From Azolla caroliniana (Eukaryota; Plantae; Polypodiophyta): a DNA stretch of 64,000 nt. Every line of letters starts with the position of its first letter. Position 1 is the first letter of the stretch. The DNA lies in NCBI GenBank assembly GCA_043228905.1, contig JBHGNT010000014.1, forward strand, positions 6,572,001-6,636,000, read 5' to 3'. The notes under the pieces were generated by a model. It searched no databases and had not been told where the DNA came from. It saw only the letters and a program-made list of their open reading frames with translations. The position numbers and the translations under genes are program-made. Positions 58,678 to 64,000 of the stretch are shown here, piece by piece.

Positions 58678-60560
58678 GCCTCTGCCCAGAAGCCATCCGA
58701 CAGTCCGGAGTGTTGGAGCATGGAAACTATCCGTTCTTGGATTGTCCGATTCATGCGTTCTGCAATCCCGTTTTGCTCCGGACTGTGTGGTGCCGTAAAT
58801 TCACGTCGGATGCCGCGTTGTCGGCAGAATTTGACGAATTCTTCTGATTTGAACTCTCCCCCATTGTCGGTCCGAAAGCATTTCAGTTTTCGGTCAGTTT
58901 GATTTTCTACCATAGCGAGCCAATCGGAGAAGATCGAGAAGACACGATCTTTGGTGCGAATTGGATAAGCCCACACCTTTCGAGTCGAATCGTCAATAAA
59001 ACTGACGAAGTAAGAGGCACCGCCGAGAGACTGATGCGGCATTGGGCCACAGACGTCCGAGTGGACTAAATCGAGAGGTCTCGTTTCTCTTGGTGCTGAT
59101 GTCGGGTGTGATGCGGCTGCTTGTTTGCCATACTGGCAATGTTCGCAGAATTGATGGTCTGAGAAGGAGAGTTTAGGGATGTATCCGGCTCTAGATAGGT
59201 GCGTAATGCCGGCCTTGCTAAGGTGTCCTAATCTTTTGTGCCATAGTGATGACACAGGAATATCCACCAAAAACAGGTTACCCTCTCTGAGCGTAACATG
59301 TAACGGATACAGTGAGTGTATCTTGGGTCCTCTAGCAAGCAGGAGGTTCCCCCTGTGGAGTGTCCACCCTCCCGAAGAAAAACCGGCACGAATGCCGTCT
59401 TCGTCTAGTTGTCTGACTGAGATCAATGGCCTTGAGAGCTCGGGTACATGTCGGACATTGTGAAGTACAAGTGTAGAGCCACCTGCAAGGTTGAGCTCTA
59501 CTGTGCCGATTCCAATGATGTCACAGTGTTGCGAGTTGCCGACGCGAACTGAGTCGGAGTGACGGATCGTATATTGCCGAAATTGGGATCGATGAGGAGT
59601 CACGTGAAATGACGCGCCCGAATCTAAGAGCCATGTGCTCGATTCTTCAGTCGTGAGCAGAACTTCTGATCCGACTGGATTTTCGATTGATAGTATATTC
59701 GGGTCGTTTGGTAGCACATCAGCTGAGAAGCTGACGTAATTGATCTCCTCATGCCGGCCACTCTTCTTGTCTGATTTCTGAGACTTGTCGTTCTTGTTCT
59801 TGAGTGCGCGGCAGTCGGCTTTGATGTGTCCGGGTTTCTTGCAATAGTTGCAGATTCGATTATCCCGTGACTGGCTCCGTCTTCGCTGATTGTTCGGCTG
59901 CTGTGAGGAATCTCTTCCTCGTATGTTCGATCGTTCTGTCGAACCTTGTACTACATAAGCGTCGTCTGTTGAGTCTTTGGCGAAAGACTTTCTCCGAGCT
60001 GCTTCGGTCAGGATTGCGCTCGTGACTTCGGAGTATTTAACAGCCGTGGTTGACGCGTTGCACACGGTTGTGACGAAAGTGTCCCATGATGAGGGAAGGC
60101 TGCTCATGAGTATCATTGCTCTGAGTTCATCCTTGATTGCCGTCCCCTGAGATGAGATTTGGGAGCTTATGCTTTCGTACTCATTGAGATGTGCTTGAAC
60201 CGAATCTGATTCTTTCATCCGCAAGTTGTAGAGGCGCCGGATCAGAAACATCTTTGTTGCAGCGACCTTCTTTTCGTAAGTGTCCGACAGTGTTTTCCAC
60301 AGTTCGAATGCTGTCGTACACGATTGCACCGTAAAGTATACCGATTCCGATAGGTGCATCCGAATCGTGGCGCGGACGATTCTGTCCAGCTTCTGCCACT
60401 CAATTGGTTTGTATCCTTCTGGAGGTTCTTCATTTTCGATGGGATCGATTTGCCCCTTGACTATGAGATAGTCCTGCATTTGCTCCTTCCAGAAGTTGAA
60501 GTTCGATCCATCGAACTTTCGTAGACTCATTTCTGACGAGCCGGATGTTGATGCCATCAA
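58678..60560 (-). CDS. Copia K gag-PR-INT ORF, open until truncated at FWAEA by the chromovirus C LTR
   Basis: KFDGSNFNFWK, CNYCKKPGHIKADC, WLLDSGASFH, LVHSDVCGP, PEQNGIAER. Confidence 0.88.
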
Positions 60561-61342
60561 ATTTGGTTTCGGTTGACGAAGCTCGGTTCGGAGTTGACTA
60601 CGAACCTTGTTGGAGTGCAGCCGGTTGGCTCACCCGATATCGTTCTAGTCGGATTTGAACCCGAGTCGGTTCGGCTTCGGATATATGTATTGTTGAACTT
60701 GCTCGAATTGACTCCGGTAACTTGAGGGACAGAACCGACTGGTCTTCCCGAATGTTGCCGAGTCGGAGTGAGCCCGGTTCGCTTCCGAATATATATGCCA
60801 AATACCGATTATTGAAACCGATTGTCTGGACCGATTCTGCTTCGGGTGACTGCAGCGACGAGAGAGACGGATCCAACTGATCCTCCCGAATGTCGATCAG
60901 CCGGATGAAGCACGAATTTGGGTTGTTGTCTTGAGACCGATCTGCACCGAGTGGTTACAACGAGCGGCGAGCAGCGTTTGATGACCTCTTCGGATGCCGT
61001 TTAACCGAGTGGAGCACGATCGTGTCAATGTTGCACAAGGGGATTTCACCTCGAGCGGTTACGATCACAAGGAATAGAGTACAACCGGCTGGCTTACTCC
61101 AAGCGAAGATGATCTAACGCGATGAGATGCAAGCCTCGTTTTTTTCTTCTTCTTCTCTCTTCTTCGAATGACGCAAGAAACCGAATGCTGTGCAGGCTGA
61201 GACGACGGCCGACAGCGAGTTGAAGGACCGAATACTGTGCAGGCTCTGATACCAGATGTTGAAGACAAGGCCGTCAATGCGGAAGATCAAGTAGCATTCG
61301 ATTGGGGGTTGAGTACCTGCGTATGACAGTTTCTGAGATCGT

Positions 61343-61387
<45 letters not shown>

Positions 61388-61572
61388 CACACAAGACTCT
61401 TTCTATTCAATAGAAACAATAATACAACCAACCTTACAAAAAGGTTACAAGGTCACTATATATAGTGACCGACTTAGGGCAACTACCATTTATGCTAATT
61501 ACACAAATGGCCCAAACTTGATCTATACAAAGGGATAGTGTGAATACGTCCATTATACACTTGTATTCGACA
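58678..61572 (-). mobile_element. Copia K, 5' half only: LTR 61257-61572, tRNA-iMet PBS, gag-PR-INT
   Basis: Minus-strand TGTCGA...CAACA LTR; PBS TGGTATCAGAGC at 61243-61254; LTR unrelated to that of H. Confidence 0.9.
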
Positions 61573-61589
61573 TGCCCCCCCCTTGAGAT

Positions 61590-62290
61590 GGAGGGGGAGA
61601 ATTGTTGGGGCTTGTCCACTCAAGTGGAGTCCACAAAATTGAGTCGGTTGAACGCCGAATAGGCTTAAGGCAAATTATAAGAAAAGTTATAATTAGTTGT
61701 ATTTATATTTATATATGTGTATGTCTTTTTCTTTTTGTATGTTTTTTTTGGGTGTGTGTCTTTTGTGTGTGTGTGTGTGTGTGTGTGAACACAAGTATAG
61801 ACGTTGGACTACATGAAGACAAAAAGAGAAAAACAGAGAAAAGAAGAAAAAGGGAGAGAGTGTGACCTGTTTTTCACATAGAAAAACAGAGAACGAAAGA
61901 GTGAGAGCAAGAGGAAGAGTGAGTGTTCTACCAAAGTGCAAAAGTGGAGACAGAGACCTACTAGGGCTATTCGTGCTATCAGAGAACCACGATTGAACAA
62001 CAACTATCCTATCTACTTTACATCAGGTTTCTTCATTTCATGTTTTTCTTGTTTCCATTTTTGTTAGTTTTTCTATCCACCCAGTTGGGTGAGGAATTGT
62101 AATCAAGGCTACTACCTTAGCATATACATCCCTCTAGTCAAAGCTAGAGAGGTTGTATTCGTTTGTACTAAGAAAAATAGTGAACTTGTTTTGAACCTGA
62201 AGGGGTTCCGTGGTTTTTCCCTATTTTGGGTTTTCCACGTTAAAATTGTTGGTGTACTCTAATTTTCTGTCTTGTGGTTTCATCTATTGT
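61590..62290 (+). mobile_element. Copia-type PPT plus LTR fragment (L)
   Basis: GGAGGGGGAGAAT followed by TGTTGGGG at 61603; contains the CCGTGGTTTTTCCC...GGGTTTTCCACGT motif shared with the F/G LTRs; right end unclear. Confidence 0.65.
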
Positions 62291-62309
62291 TTAATTTTTC
62301 TTTGATTGA

Positions 62310-62810
62310 GTTGGTAGTCCAAATCATCTCGATTCGGATCCATATTCTTAACATGAACTGCTTTAGGTTTCTTTTCATCGTTACCATTAACCATTGCATT
62401 GTCTAGCATAACTAGTTGACTAGTAGCAGCAGTATGTTGCTCTTTCATTTGTTGTTCAGAAGGAGAGCCATTGAACATCATCTTCACCGGCTTCATCTTC
62501 TTCGTCACTATCATCCATTTGGTTATAGGCAGGTGAATTCTCTTCGACATCATGATCAAAAAATTTCTTAGATACATGACAACTATTCCCATCATAATTC
62601 TTTTTGGGTTTTGCCTCTTTCTTTCTCGTTCTTTTAATCACTCCTTTTCAACTCTCATCATACATTTTTTATCTCTCATGTCAACATGGGATACAACTCC
62701 ACATGTAGCACACTTGAGAGATATCATCTGGCTTTTCGAGATCAATATCTCCCTCTCCGGATTATTACATCCATAACATTGCACATTCTTTGTGATAAAT
62801 ATTTCCACAT
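62310..62810 (-). pseudogene. eIF5: Translation initiation factor 5 (eIF5) pseudogene fragment
   Basis: FITKNVQCYGCNNPEREILISKSQMISLKCATCGVVSHVDMRDK (C4 zinc region), KKCMMRVEKE, acidic DEEDEAGEDDVQW and QQMKEQHTAATSQLVML, collinear with plant eIF5 as recalled but with stops, frameshifts and deletions. Confidence 0.85.
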
Positions 62811-64000
62811 CCATTAACGATAACAGTGCCAGTTTTCTCATCAAATCTGGATTGTCCACCAGCCATCTCGACGCACACGATTCACAAATAGGAAGCGAGA
62901 GAGACACTCATGTTGGATTGTGAATGTTAGCACTCTGAAGCACTGGTATTGTTCTGGTATCATCAAGTAAGAAAGATGGCAAAGCACCCCTCTAGCAAGG
63001 TCGGGAAGGAAGGTTTGGTCCAAAGCAAGGATTAGGGTTTGTGTAACACTCCCTTAGTGTCAAAGAGCCAGATTGAGAGAGCTGAGATCTCTCATATTGG
63101 CCCCTCTTAGGAGGATGAGACCGACAAAACTGTGACTTGTCATTAGGATCCCTCTCAAAGTGGGATGGGGAGAATTGAGACCTCTTAAAATGATCTCTCT
63201 CAGGAGACTTCTTAAAGCTAAGACTTCTCAAAATGATTTCTCCCAGAAGATCGAGACTGGTGCAATTGAGAACTCTCACAAGGTTCTCTCTTGCAAGAGA
63301 GTGAATGGTAGAGATGAAATCTCATATTATCTCCCGAAGTGGACAGAGACCGACATAGCTGAGATCTCAATGATGAACTCTATGGGGATCTTGTGATCTC
63401 ATTTGATCACTAACTTTCATGTTAAGCTTATCTTTGTTCCCCTTAAAGAAGTGAGACACAGGCATTTGTGTTCTTTCAGGACGTCTAGATTCCATTTTCA
63501 AGTTCTTTTGTGAAAAGCTTGTCTGTGAGTTTAAGTACTTTCCTTGAGCCTGCTTGCCTAAACCTCTAATAAGAAATGGATCACCATATAGAGATTCTAC
63601 GCATAAAGCCACACTTTGTAACACAAAGAGAAACACACATGCAGCGAGGGAGAGAGAGAGAGATTAGTGATGGAGAGGGAGAGGGAGGGAGAGCGAATGG
63701 GACTTCTTCTTAAGGGAGGTCGGCCGTTTAGGCGTGCCAAAAGTGTTGATAGGTGGGGGATGAAGCCTAGAATGGCTTTACCCTCCTCCCGAGGCGGTTA
63801 TGATAAAGAGAGAGAAGGAGAGAGTGAAAATAAGAACGACACCAAAATGAGAGGGGAAATGACACAAATGTGAGGGGGAAAAAGTTATGTTCATTACATG
63901 ACCATAAGGGGTTTATATAATACATCCAATGTAACGATTACATGACCATTATAAATAAGACCGTTACGCATTATTGTACACATGCACATAACTGTGCATG

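Noticed and set aside
50731-61572. A single Copia element split by chromovirus C
   Set aside because: The LTRs are unrelated, there is no TSD, and the INT-RT interval is missing.
62900-64000. Short ORFs in GA/CT-rich sequence
   Set aside because: Low complexity with no recognisable motifs; may be part of a repeat that extends beyond the window.

Overview
Land-plant genomic DNA. The retroelement lineages suggest a non-seed plant such as a fern, but that is inference. The window opens with the last three exons of a plastid glucose-6-phosphate isomerase gene (79-674) and has an eIF5 pseudogene fragment near the end (~62310-62810). Nearly everything from 5.3 to 62.3 kb is a nest of LTR retrotransposons, and I resolved the boundaries and most TSDs by eye. 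The nest holds a full-length non-chromovirus Ty3/Gypsy with a ~950-codon extra coiled-coil ORF (5936-15754, TSD CCGAA) and a four-level stack (Copia G > chromovirus A > Copia D > chromovirus B, with Copia E and F inserted in A's two LTRs). It also holds a very young, ORF-intact self-priming Tcn1-like chromovirus (52949-58677) whose flanks come from two different Copia elements, plus several fragments. Two signals stand out. (1) The non-chromovirus Gypsy has no polypurine tract; in its place is a sense copy of the tRNA-Arg 3' end (ending CCA, 2 nt before the 3' LTR) that is complementary to the element's own PBS. (2) All six chromovirus LTRs carry an antisense tRNA-like A-box/B-box (Pol III-type) cassette at the U3 tip, and an unrelated LTR-like unit seems to carry one too. 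All calls come from manual reading; no database searches were run.
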